DNA of 32,000 nucleotides from positions 420,001 through 452,000 of the forward strand of contig NZ_OZ060402.1 of NCBI RefSeq assembly GCF_964059045.1. Reading direction: 5' to 3'. Source of the stretch: Candidatus Saccharimonadota bacterium (GTDB taxonomy: Bacteria; Pseudomonadota; Gammaproteobacteria; Enterobacterales; Enterobacteriaceae). The notes under the pieces are model-generated. The model was not told where the DNA came from. It ran no database searches and saw only the letters and a program-made list of their open reading frames with translations. The stretch's first letter is position 1. Each line of letters opens with the position of its first letter. Shown here piece after piece: positions 11,315 through 20,626 of the stretch. Both the position numbers and the translations under genes were made by a program.

Positions 11315-13867
11315 TTATATAATAGATTTCAAAAAATAAATATAATCTAAAGCTTTTCTAGGAGAAATATTTTCTGGTTCTAAGGAAATAATAAAATTTA
11401 TTAAAATATTATTTTTTTGTATATCTAATTTGATAGAATTTAATTCTTTTAATTTTTTTTTTGCTCTAATAATTACATCAGAAGGTAAACCAGACATTTT
11501 TGCCACTGATAAAGAATGACTATTTTTAGAAATACCAGGCTGTATAGTATATAGAAAAACAATATCATCATTTTTTTTCAATATACTAAAAAACATATTT
11601 TGTATTGTTTTAAATTTATGTATTAATAATGTTAATTCAACATAATGAGTAGAAAATAAAGTAATTGAATTAATTTGAGTAACTAGATATTCTACACATG
11701 ACCAAGCTAAAGCTAATCCATCACAATTAGAAGTACCTCTCCCAATCTCATCTATTAATACCAAACTATGATCTGTCGCATGATTTAAAATACTAGATAA
11801 TTCAATCATTTCTACCATAAAAGTAGACTGACCTCTAAACAAATTATCGGCTGATCCTATTCTAGTAAATATTTTATCAAAAATACCAATTTTAGCTTTT
11901 TTGGCAGGAACAAAACTTCCTATACTAGACAAAATTACAATAAGTGCAATTTGACGCATATAAGTACTCTTTCCACCCATGTTTGGTCCGGTAATAATCA
12001 TTACATTTTTTTTTTGTGATAAAAATACATCATTAGCAATAAAAGATATTTGTGAAATTTCTTCTATGACTGGATGCCTACTTTTTTCTAAAATAATTTC
12101 ATTTTTTTCAGTTATCAACGGACAAACATAATTCAATTGAATAGATCTTTCTGATAAATTAGCTAATACATCTAATTCTGACAAATAAATAGCGGCAATT
12201 TGTAATTCTTTTAAATAAGGAAAAATAATATCAAATAATTCTTCATACAATACTGTTTCTAATTCAATAGCTCTAAAATCAGCTGTTAAAAATGTTTCTT
12301 GAAATTGCTGTAATTCCGAAAACGTAAATCTAGTAAAATGTTTTAAAGTTTGTTTTTTAACATAATGACTAGGTATGAATTCTAAATATTTATTACTTAT
12401 TTGAACATAATAACCAATTAAACTATTAAAACTTATTTTTAAATTACTAATTCCTAATTTAACACGTTCTTGATTTTCTATATTAATTAATATGTTTTTA
12501 GCTGATTTTTTTAATTGTCTTAATTCATCTAATTTTAAGTTATATTTATCAGCTATAACATTTCCTTCACGAATACAAATAGAAGGAAATTCAGCAATAG
12601 ATCTTTCTAAGATAAGAATCAAATCAGGAAATAATCCAATATATGACAATAATATATTTAAATTTTTTTCACTAATATCTGATAAAAGATTATGAATTTT
12701 AGGAATAATTCTTAATGAAATCCTTAAAGACAACCAATCATTCGGTAAAGCAGTACGTAATGAAAGTCTTGAAACAATTCTTTCCAGATCACCAATATGA
12801 ATTAATAATTGTTGCAAGGGATAATAATGTTTTTGTAATACAAAAATAATTTTTTGTCTATTTTTAATAGTTAATCTATTACGAATGGGAAAATACAACC
12901 ATCTTTTTAACATTCTACTACCCATTTTTGTAACTGTACGATCTAAAACAGAAAGCAAAGTATTACTATTTCCACCAGAAAGATTTTTAACCAATTCAAG
13001 ATTTTTAATTGTAGTTGAATTCATGTAAATATAATCTTGATTATTTAACATTTTTATTGAACGAATATGATCAAAATGATTATAATGCATAGATTTTACA
13101 TAAATGAATAAACAACCTGCTGCAGGTAATACAATACTATTATCACTGATTCCAAAACATGATAAATTTTTCTTACCAAAATGTAAATTTAATAATTTTT
13201 TTGCTAAATTCATTTCAAAATCAGAATCAGAACATTTTTTTAAATTTTTACGATGCTTAATTAAATTAATATGTAAAAAATTTTCAGGGTATAATAATTC
13301 CTGAGGATCTGTAGATTGAATTCCTGCTAATAATGCATCTTTTGTATTATATTCATAAACATAAAATCTACCAGAAGAAAGATCTAAAGTGGCATAACCA
13401 AAATTATTTTTATGTTCATATACTGCAGCTAATAAATTATCTATATTTTCAGATAAAAAATCTTCATCTGTAACAGTACCAGGTGTTATAACTTTTACAA
13501 TTTTCCGTTTCATTAATCCTTTTTGTAATGATTTATTTCCTATTTGATTACAAATAACAATAGATTTACCTAATTTAACTAACTTTGATATATAGTAATT
13601 AACATTACAACAAGGAATTCCAGACATTGGAATAGTATTAATAGAAGAATATCCTCTTTTAGTTAATTTAATATTTAATAAATAAGACGATTGTATAGCA
13701 TCGTCAAAAAAAAGTTCATAAAAATCACCCATCTGATAAAATAAAAACATATTTGGATATTTTTTTTTAAACACTAGATATTGTTTTATCATTGGAGTAT
13801 GAAAACTATTTTTTTTTTTTTGCAAAATAATCTTGCTATTATTCTTAATTTCTTTTAAATCATTCAT
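11315..13867 (-). CDS. mutS: DNA mismatch repair protein MutS
   Basis: 850 aa. The mismatch-binding GDFYELF motif, Walker A GPNMGGKSTYMRQ, DEIGRGTS and a TLFSTHY segment matching E. coli FATHY are all present and collinear with E. coli MutS (853 aa). Confidence 0.94.
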   Translation of the reverse strand: MNDLKEIKNNSKIILQKKKNSFHTPMIKQYLVFKKKYPNMFLFYQMGDFYELFFDDAIQSSYLLNIKLTKRGYSSINTIPMSGIPCCNVNYYISKLVKLGKSIVICNQIGNKSLQKGLMKRKIVKVITPGTVTDEDFLSENIDNLLAAVYEHKNNFGYATLDLSSGRFYVYEYNTKDALLAGIQSTDPQELLYPENFLHINLIKHRKNLKKCSDSDFEMNLAKKLLNLHFGKKNLSCFGISDNSIVLPAAGCLFIYVKSMHYNHFDHIRSIKMLNNQDYIYMNSTTIKNLELVKNLSGGNSNTLLSVLDRTVTKMGSRMLKRWLYFPIRNRLTIKNRQKIIFVLQKHYYPLQQLLIHIGDLERIVSRLSLRTALPNDWLSLRISLRIIPKIHNLLSDISEKNLNILLSYIGLFPDLILILERSIAEFPSICIREGNVIADKYNLKLDELRQLKKSAKNILINIENQERVKLGISNLKISFNSLIGYYVQISNKYLEFIPSHYVKKQTLKHFTRFTFSELQQFQETFLTADFRAIELETVLYEELFDIIFPYLKELQIAAIYLSELDVLANLSERSIQLNYVCPLITEKNEIILEKSRHPVIEEISQISFIANDVFLSQKKNVMIITGPNMGGKSTYMRQIALIVILSSIGSFVPAKKAKIGIFDKIFTRIGSADNLFRGQSTFMVEMIELSSILNHATDHSLVLIDEIGRGTSNCDGLALAWSCVEYLVTQINSITLFSTHYVELTLLIHKFKTIQNMFFSILKKNDDIVFLYTIQPGISKNSHSLSVAKMSGLPSDVIIRAKKKLKELNSIKLDIQKNNILINFIISLEPENISPRKALDYIYFLKSII
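13809..13821 (-). repeat. A13 homopolymer inside the mutS coding sequence (codons about 16-20, QKKKN)
   Basis: T13 on the + strand at 13809-13821. It is read on the - strand as CAA AAA AAA AAA AAT and is currently in frame. Confidence 0.95.
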
Positions 13868-14098
13868 AAAATTATATTTAAAATAAATATTATTATTTTT
13901 TATATTATGTGTATAATAAATAATATTATATTTAAATTATAATCTAAAACAATATTAATAACATTTAATTATCAATGATAATATCATTTATATCTTAAAT
14001 TAAAATAAATTAAGTAAATTATATTATTTATTCAACATCAAAAAACCAATATAATTTATATTCAAAGAAATATTATTACTAAATTTTAGAGAATAAAA

Positions 14099-14728
14099 TT
14101 GAAAAAACTATTTATTTTTATCATAAGCATAATATTTTCATCCAATTTATTTGCACAATCTTTTATTGAAGGAGAACATTATATACGTATTCCTAAAAGA
14201 ATTCATAATGTTCCTACTATTGTAGAATTTTTTTCTTTTTTTTGTACACATTGTTATCAATTGGAAAAACAATTGAATTTAAATAAAAAAATAGAAAATA
14301 TATTATCTTCGAAAAATAAAATACAAATGTGTCATGTAAACTTTTTAAATAATCAATTTGATCAAATGCTAACACATATTTGGCAAATGGCTATATCTAT
14401 TCATGCTGAAAAAAAGATTCTTATTCCTATATTTAAATACATTCATGAAAATACATTTGCTCTTAACAAAAACAATATCAAAAAAATATTTATTAAATAT
14501 ACTAATATAACAAGCAAAAAATATAATTTATTATGGAATAGTTATCAAGTACATCAATTAATTTTTAACAATCAACAATTAACTAAAAAAATTTATTTAA
14601 AATACATACCAACATTTTTAATTAATGGAAAATATATTATTAATAATGAATCATTTAATAACGTGTCTCATCATCAATTTATTACAGAATATATAAATCT
14701 TTTAAAATATTTAATACAACAAAAATAA
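14099..14728 (+). CDS. dsbA: Periplasmic thiol:disulfide oxidoreductase DsbA
   Basis: 209 aa. It has a signal-peptide-like N-terminus (MKKLFIFIISIIFSSNLFAQ). EFFSFFCTHCYQLE aligns with E. coli EFFSFFCPHCYQFE, and PTFLINGKY aligns with PAMFVNGKY. The start codon is TTG (14099-14101), and no in-frame ATG would retain the signal peptide. Confidence 0.86.
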   Translation: MKKLFIFIISIIFSSNLFAQSFIEGEHYIRIPKRIHNVPTIVEFFSFFCTHCYQLEKQLNLNKKIENILSSKNKIQMCHVNFLNNQFDQMLTHIWQMAISIHAEKKILIPIFKYIHENTFALNKNNIKKIFIKYTNITSKKYNLLWNSYQVHQLIFNNQQLTKKIYLKYIPTFLINGKYIINNESFNNVSHHQFITEYINLLKYLIQQK

Positions 14729-14833
14729 AATAAAATGAAAAAATCATTATATCTTTAATATATAAAAATTTATATTACAATAATAAAACATATTAAATAT
14801 ATTTTTTATTCAAACCTTAATCAAGAATAATCC

Positions 14834-17557
14834 ATGTCAAAAAAAAAATCTATTTTATTAATTGATGGTACATATTATTTATATCGTGCATTTTATGCTT
14901 GTCCTTGTTTAACTAATCAAAACCAGCAACCCACAGGAGCTATATATGGAATGATTAATACGTTAAAAAAAATGTTTTTTGAACATGCTACAGATAATAT
15001 TATAATCGTTTTTGATTCACCAAAAAAAAATTTCAGAAAAATATTATTTCCAAAATATAAAGCTAACAGAAAACCAATGCCAGAAGAACTTCAAAAACAA
15101 ATTAATCCAGTTAAAAAAATAATCAAATATTTAGGCATAAATACTTTAACTATCCCATACTACGAAGCAGATGACATTATTGGAACTTTATCTACTATTT
15201 ATTCTAATGAAAGTGATTTAATTTTAATTGGCACTAATGATAAAGATTTAGGACAATTAGTCACTTCAAAGATAAAAATTATTAACAACAAGAATATTAT
15301 TGGAGAAAAAGAAATTGAAGAAAAATATGGTATTAAAGCAAAATTCATACCTGATTTATTTGGTTTAATGGGTGATGTATCAGATAATATACCAGGTGTA
15401 TCAGGAATTGGAAAAAAAACAGCAGTATTACTCATACAAAATTATGGATCAATAAAAAATATTTATAAAAATATAAATAATATTTCATATTTACCAATTA
15501 GAAAAGCTCAAACTATCGCATTAACACTTTTAAAAAATGAAAAAACAGCTTTTTTATCTTATAAATTATCTAAAATCAAAAAAAACATAAAAATAGATCC
15601 AAAAATAATAGATCCTAAAATCAAAAATCCAAATTTTGAGAAACTTATTCAAGTATTCGATTATTATAATTTTAACAATTGGAAAAAAAATATGAATAAT
15701 TTTTTTTTTATAAATAATAAAAAAAAAAATAATAAAATTGAAAAACAAATCGAAATAATTCAAAAAAAAAATATTAATTACAATATTGACTCAATAGAAA
15801 TATTAAAATATTGTATTGAAAAACTAAATACATTATCAATTTTTTCTATTCTAATAGAATTAGATAATGTTTTAGAACTATCTCCAGAAATCATCGGTCT
15901 TGGTATATCTATTATCAGTGAAGAATCGTTTTATATTGATTTTACTAAAATATCTAAAAACAATTTAAAATTAAATCCAATTGATATATTCCATAATCTC
16001 AAATCTATATTAGAAAACCCCAAAAAAATTAAAATTGGATTTAACTTGAAAAAATATTATCATGCACTAAAAAAATATAATATTGAACTAAAAGGAGCTA
16101 TTTTTGATGTTATGTTAGAATCATATATCAATTATCAGTTAAAATATTATAGTTATCCTAAAAAAATTATTGAATTAAATTTACTATTGATAGAATATAT
16201 AAATTCTCAAACAAAAAATAATTATACTAATGAATCTAATTTAGGGGAAAAAGCACATATTATATTTCAATTACATATTAAAATGTGGAAAAAAATAAAA
16301 ACAGACAAAATAATTAAAAATTTATTTCAAAAAATTGATATACCTCTTATTCCTATACTATTTAGAATTGAACAAAATGGAGTTTTAATTAATAAAAAAA
16401 TATTACAAAATCAATCTTTAATCATTACAAAACAATTATCAAAATTAATACTTAAAGCACAGCAATTAGTTGGAGAAAAATTTAATTTATCTTCTAATAA
16501 ACAAATACAAAATGTTTTATTTTATAAAAAAGACAAAAATTATTCAGAAATTATTAACAAAACAAAAAAAGGAAATATATCTACTAATGAATATGTTTTA
16601 AAACAACTATCTAAAAATAATCTATTACCAAAAATAATTTTAGAATATAGAAGTTTATATAAATTAAAAACAAATTATTTTAATAAACTACCTAATATGA
16701 TTAATAACAATACTGGTAGAATTCATACTTCATATTATCAAAATACTACTATAACTGGAAGATTATCGTCTCGTTATCCTAATTTACAAAATATTCCTAT
16801 TAGAAAAAAAAATGGAAAAAAAATTAGAGAAGCGTTTATATCAGAAGAAAATTTTATTCTATTATCTGCTGACTACTCTCAAATTGAATTAAGAATTATG
16901 GCTCATTTATCTCAAGATACAAAATTAATCACACACTTCATAAAAAAACAAGATGTACATATTTTAACAGCTTCTAAAATATTTAATATACCTAAAAATC
17001 AAGTAACAGAAGAACAAAGAAACAATGCAAAGAAAATTAATTTTGCAATAATTTATGGTATTAGCCCATTTGGATTATCAAAACAACTTGATATAAATTA
17101 TTTAGAAGCAGAAAAACATATCACATCATATTTTTCTCAGTATCCAGGAATATTATCATATATAAAAAAAACGAAAGAATGTGCTCAAATAAAAGGTTAT
17201 GTGTCTACATTAACAGGTAGAAAAATATATATACCTAATATTAATTCTAAAAAAACATATTTAAAACAATCAGCTGAAAGAACAGCTATTAATGGACCAA
17301 TTCAAGGAACAGCAGCAGACATAATTAAATTATCTATGATAAAAATAGATCATTATTTTAAAAAAAATTTTTTATCTGACGCAAAAATTATTATGCAAGT
17401 ACATGATGAATTGATATTTGAAATTAGGGAAAAATACCTACAAAAAATTAAAAATAGAATTATGTATTTAATGGAAAATAGTTTTTTATTAGACCTTCCA
17501 CTAAATGTTAATATAAAAATTGGAAAAAATTGGAATAATTTAAAAAAAATTGATTAA
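14834..17557 (+). CDS. polA: DNA polymerase I (5' nuclease + degenerate 3'-5' exo-like domain + polymerase domain)
   Basis: 907 aa. It has an N-terminal 5' nuclease (LLIDGTYYLYRAFYA, SDNIPGVSGIGKKTA). Polymerase motif A is LLSADYSQIELRIMAHLS, motif B is RNNAKKINFAIIYG and motif C is QVHDELIFE. Confidence 0.94.
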   Translation: MSKKKSILLIDGTYYLYRAFYACPCLTNQNQQPTGAIYGMINTLKKMFFEHATDNIIIVFDSPKKNFRKILFPKYKANRKPMPEELQKQINPVKKIIKYLGINTLTIPYYEADDIIGTLSTIYSNESDLILIGTNDKDLGQLVTSKIKIINNKNIIGEKEIEEKYGIKAKFIPDLFGLMGDVSDNIPGVSGIGKKTAVLLIQNYGSIKNIYKNINNISYLPIRKAQTIALTLLKNEKTAFLSYKLSKIKKNIKIDPKIIDPKIKNPNFEKLIQVFDYYNFNNWKKNMNNFFFINNKKKNNKIEKQIEIIQKKNINYNIDSIEILKYCIEKLNTLSIFSILIELDNVLELSPEIIGLGISIISEESFYIDFTKISKNNLKLNPIDIFHNLKSILENPKKIKIGFNLKKYYHALKKYNIELKGAIFDVMLESYINYQLKYYSYPKKIIELNLLLIEYINSQTKNNYTNESNLGEKAHIIFQLHIKMWKKIKTDKIIKNLFQKIDIPLIPILFRIEQNGVLINKKILQNQSLIITKQLSKLILKAQQLVGEKFNLSSNKQIQNVLFYKKDKNYSEIINKTKKGNISTNEYVLKQLSKNNLLPKIILEYRSLYKLKTNYFNKLPNMINNNTGRIHTSYYQNTTITGRLSSRYPNLQNIPIRKKNGKKIREAFISEENFILLSADYSQIELRIMAHLSQDTKLITHFIKKQDVHILTASKIFNIPKNQVTEEQRNNAKKINFAIIYGISPFGLSKQLDINYLEAEKHITSYFSQYPGILSYIKKTKECAQIKGYVSTLTGRKIYIPNINSKKTYLKQSAERTAINGPIQGTAADIIKLSMIKIDHYFKKNFLSDAKIIMQVHDELIFEIREKYLQKIKNRIMYLMENSFLLDLPLNVNIKIGKNWNNLKKID
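15593..15622 (+). repeat. 15-bp imperfect tandem duplication inside polA (IDPKI IDPKI)
   Basis: atagatccaaaaata (15593-15607) and atagatcctaaaatc (15608-15622) match at 13 of 15 positions and are in frame. Confidence 0.85.
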
Positions 17558-17626
17558 AATATATAAATATTAAACAGCTTATACCATAAAATAAACTATA
17601 AATATTATATTTTTAAAAATAAAATA

Positions 17627-18231
17627 TTAATTTAATGTAAACCAACAATTTATCTTTTTTTTTAATTCATTAATTCCAATATTTTTAAAAGATGAAAATA
17701 TAATCACATCAATTTTTAATCTAAATATTGATAAATATTTATTTATAAAAATTATTTTTTTTTGGATCATGTTAAAACTTAATTTATCTGCTTTAGTTAA
17801 TACTATACACAATAACATTTTATTTTTATTTAATGTATTTAAAAATTTTTTGTCTAATTCTTTTATGATATAACGAATATCCATAAAAATGATCAAACCT
17901 ATTAAAGAAGTACTATTTAACAAATATTTATTTATATCTATATTCCAATCAAACTTAATTTTTTTTGATACTTTTGCATATCCATATCCAGGTAGATCTA
18001 CTAAACGATATCCTGGAGATATCTCAAAAAAATTAATCATTCTTGTTGTACCAGGTTTTTTACTAGTTTTAGATAAAAATTTCTGATCTGTTAAAATATT
18101 AATAACACTTGATTTTCCTACATTCGAATAACCAAGAAATGCAATTTCTTTTCCATCTTTAAAAAGATTTTTTTTTTTATATTAACCATACTAGTTAAAA
18201 AATAAGTATCTTTATAATAATTTAAAAACAT
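17627..18231 (-). pseudogene. engB: Ribosome-biogenesis GTPase EngB (YihA/YsxC), interrupted by a frameshift in an A11 tract
   Basis: ATG at 18231 is preceded by AGG. It gives MFLNYYKDTYFLTSMVNIKKK, which resembles E. coli MTNLNYQQTHFVMSA. The frame then breaks in the A11 run (18178-18168) and stops at TAG 18120-18118. The adjacent frame reads NLFKDGKEIAFLGYSNVGKSSVINILTDQKFLSKTSKKPGTTRMINFFE..., which contains the P-loop, and continues into track ORF 17627..18040 (LVDLPGYGYA, TKADKL). An A12 or A9 tract would give one ORF of about 200 aa. Confidence 0.82.
18168..18178 (-). repeat. A11 homopolymer at the engB frameshift position
   Basis: T11 on the + strand at 18168-18178. The upstream frame has codon starts congruent to 0 mod 3 and the downstream frame to 1 mod 3, and the two frames meet here. 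Confidence 0.95.
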
Positions 18232-18715
18232 ATACAACCTTTCATTAAAAAATAATTTAGTAAATTAATATTTATGATTACCCAATAAAAATGTTTACAT
18301 TAATAATAGAAAAATTTATAACCAATATTAATTACATTTAATAATATAGCAAATGCATAAAAACTATTTACTAATTATAGTATCATAAATATTATAAAAT
18401 TATTATTAATTAAATTAATATATTTAAACATATCAATATATATATTTCATGTGAATTAATAATAATAAAAATTATAATTTTTTATGAAAAATAATCTTAT
18501 GAAAATAAATCCATTTTTAAAAATCTTTGAAGATTTTTAAAAAAATAGTATAATTTTTCTAAAAAAAACCAAAATAAATCAATGATATAAAAATATTCTA
18601 TATTACATACTTTAATTCTATTAAAAATAAAAATTTCTTATTTTTATTCAATTTATATCAATATTTTATATATGTTTTATAAATTTTTAAATAATTAATA
18701 TTTGAGGAAAAAATT

Positions 18716-20542
18716 ATGAATCAAAAAATAAGAAATATAGCAATTATCGCTCATGTAGATCATGGAAAAACTACATTAATTGATAAATTACTACAACAAT
18801 CTGGTACTTTTGATATACATGAAACACAAACAGATAGAATTATGGATTCTAATGATTTAGAAAAAGAAAGAGGAATTACAATATTAGCTAAAAATACTGC
18901 TATTCAATGGAAAGGATATCATATAAACATTGTTGATACTCCCGGACATGCTGATTTTGGTGGTGAAGTAGAACGTGTATTATCTATGGTTGATTCTGTA
19001 TTATTAGTCGTAGATGCTCTAGAAGGACCTATGCCTCAAACTCGTTTTGTAACAGAAAAAGCATTTAATTATGGAATAAATCCTATTGTAGTCATTAATA
19101 AAATTGATAGAGAAAATTCTAGACCTAATTGGGTTATTGATCAAATTTTTGATTTATTTATTAATTTGAATGCTAATGATAAACAAATTGATTTTCCTAT
19201 AATTTATACTTCAGCGTTAAAAGGAATTTCTGGAAGAAATATAAATCATATGAAAAACGATATGACAGATTTATATCAAGCTATTATAGAATACGTACCT
19301 GCTCCATTAAAAAATTATAATGAAAAACTACAAATGCAAATTTCTCAATTAGATTATAATAATTATTTAGGAGTTATTGGAATTGGAAGAATCAAAAAAG
19401 GATCTATAAAACCTAATCAACAAATTAATATTACTGATAGTTATGGAAAAAATAAATTAGGTAAAATTAATCAAGTATTAACTTATATTGGATTAAAAAG
19501 AATTCCTACTGATTTAGCAATTTCAGGATCTATTGTCGCAATTACTGGAATAGAAAAAATTAGTATTTCAGATACAATTTGTGATCCTACAGAAATTAAC
19601 CCATTGCCAAAATTAAGTATAGATGAACCAACCATAAAGATGTTTTTTTCAGTAAATAGTTCACCGTTTTCTGGAAAAGAAGGTAAATATATTACTTCAC
19701 GTCAAATATCTGCAAGATTGCAAAAAGAATTAATCTATAATGTAGCCTTAAATATGGAAGAAACTAATAATTCTAACACATTTTGTGTATATGGAAGAGG
19801 AGAACTACATTTATCTATCTTAATTGAAAATATGCGTAGAGAAGGATTTGAATTAGAAGTATCCAGACCAAAAGTTATATTCCGTGAATTTGATGGGGAA
19901 AAACAAGAGCCATTTGAAAATATTGTGTTAGATATGGATATAAAATATCAAGGTATTGTTATGAAATTTCTAGGAGAAAGAAAAGGAGAAATGCTCAATA
20001 TTACACCAATAAATAAAAATAGAATTCGTTTAGAATATACACTATCTAGTAGAGCATTAATAGGTTTTCGTAGTGAATATATTAGTATGACTTCAGGAAC
20101 AGGTTTGTTTTATTCATCTTTTAGTCATTATGGAAATTTGCAAAAAAATAACATTGGACAACGTCGTAATGGAGTTTTAATCTCGAACGGTACAGGTATG
20201 GCAGTAGCTTTCGCATTATATAATTTACAAGAAAGAGGAAAATTATTTTTAAGTCATGGTGCACAAGTATATGAAGGTCAAATTATTGGTTTACATAATC
20301 GTTCTAATGATTTAACAGTCAATTGTTTAACTGGTAAAAAACTTACTAATATGAGAGCTTCTGGAACAGATGAATCAATAACATTAACACCTCATATTTG
20401 TATGACATTAGAAGATTATTTAGGATTTATTAATGATGATGAATTAGTAGAAATTACTCCTAAAAATATTCGAATTAGAAAAAAATATTTAACTGAAAAT
20501 GAAAGAAAACGTCTTTTTAGAAAAAAAAATAAAGAATCATAA
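18716..20542 (+). CDS. typA: Ribosome-associated translational GTPase BipA/TypA
   Basis: 608 aa. [45 protein letters not shown] and VVINKIDR show full-length collinearity with E. coli BipA. GAGGA RBS at 18704-18708. Confidence 0.96.
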   Translation: MNQKIRNIAIIAHVDHGKTTLIDKLLQQSGTFDIHETQTDRIMDSNDLEKERGITILAKNTAIQWKGYHINIVDTPGHADFGGEVERVLSMVDSVLLVVDALEGPMPQTRFVTEKAFNYGINPIVVINKIDRENSRPNWVIDQIFDLFINLNANDKQIDFPIIYTSALKGISGRNINHMKNDMTDLYQAIIEYVPAPLKNYNEKLQMQISQLDYNNYLGVIGIGRIKKGSIKPNQQINITDSYGKNKLGKINQVLTYIGLKRIPTDLAISGSIVAITGIEKISISDTICDPTEINPLPKLSIDEPTIKMFFSVNSSPFSGKEGKYITSRQISARLQKELIYNVALNMEETNNSNTFCVYGRGELHLSILIENMRREGFELEVSRPKVIFREFDGEKQEPFENIVLDMDIKYQGIVMKFLGERKGEMLNITPINKNRIRLEYTLSSRALIGFRSEYISMTSGTGLFYSSFSHYGNLQKNNIGQRRNGVLISNGTGMAVAFALYNLQERGKLFLSHGAQVYEGQIIGLHNRSNDLTVNCLTGKKLTNMRASGTDESITLTPHICMTLEDYLGFINDDELVEITPKNIRIRKKYLTENERKRLFRKKNKES

Positions 20543-20593
20543 TATAATATAATTTATATTTAAACATATTAAAATTAATATTTTGTTTTAAAA

Positions 20594-20626
20594 AATATAA
20601 TCCTATATAAATCATAGGATTATATT
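20594..20626. terminator. Perfect 13-bp stem / 7-nt loop hairpin between convergent typA and gmk
   Basis: aatataatcctat (20594-20606), loop ataaatc, ataggattatatt (20614-20626). On the - strand the stem is followed directly by UUUUAAAAC, and the terminal A-U pairs extend the U run. On the + strand it lies 52 nt after the typA stop and is preceded by an A-tract. This is a bidirectional-terminator-like layout. Confidence 0.45.

Noticed and set aside
17627-18040. The 137-aa track ORF taken as a complete, short engB.
   Set aside because: It lacks the G1 P-loop, which is encoded just upstream in the same frame with no start codon. It is the 3' part of a frameshifted gene.
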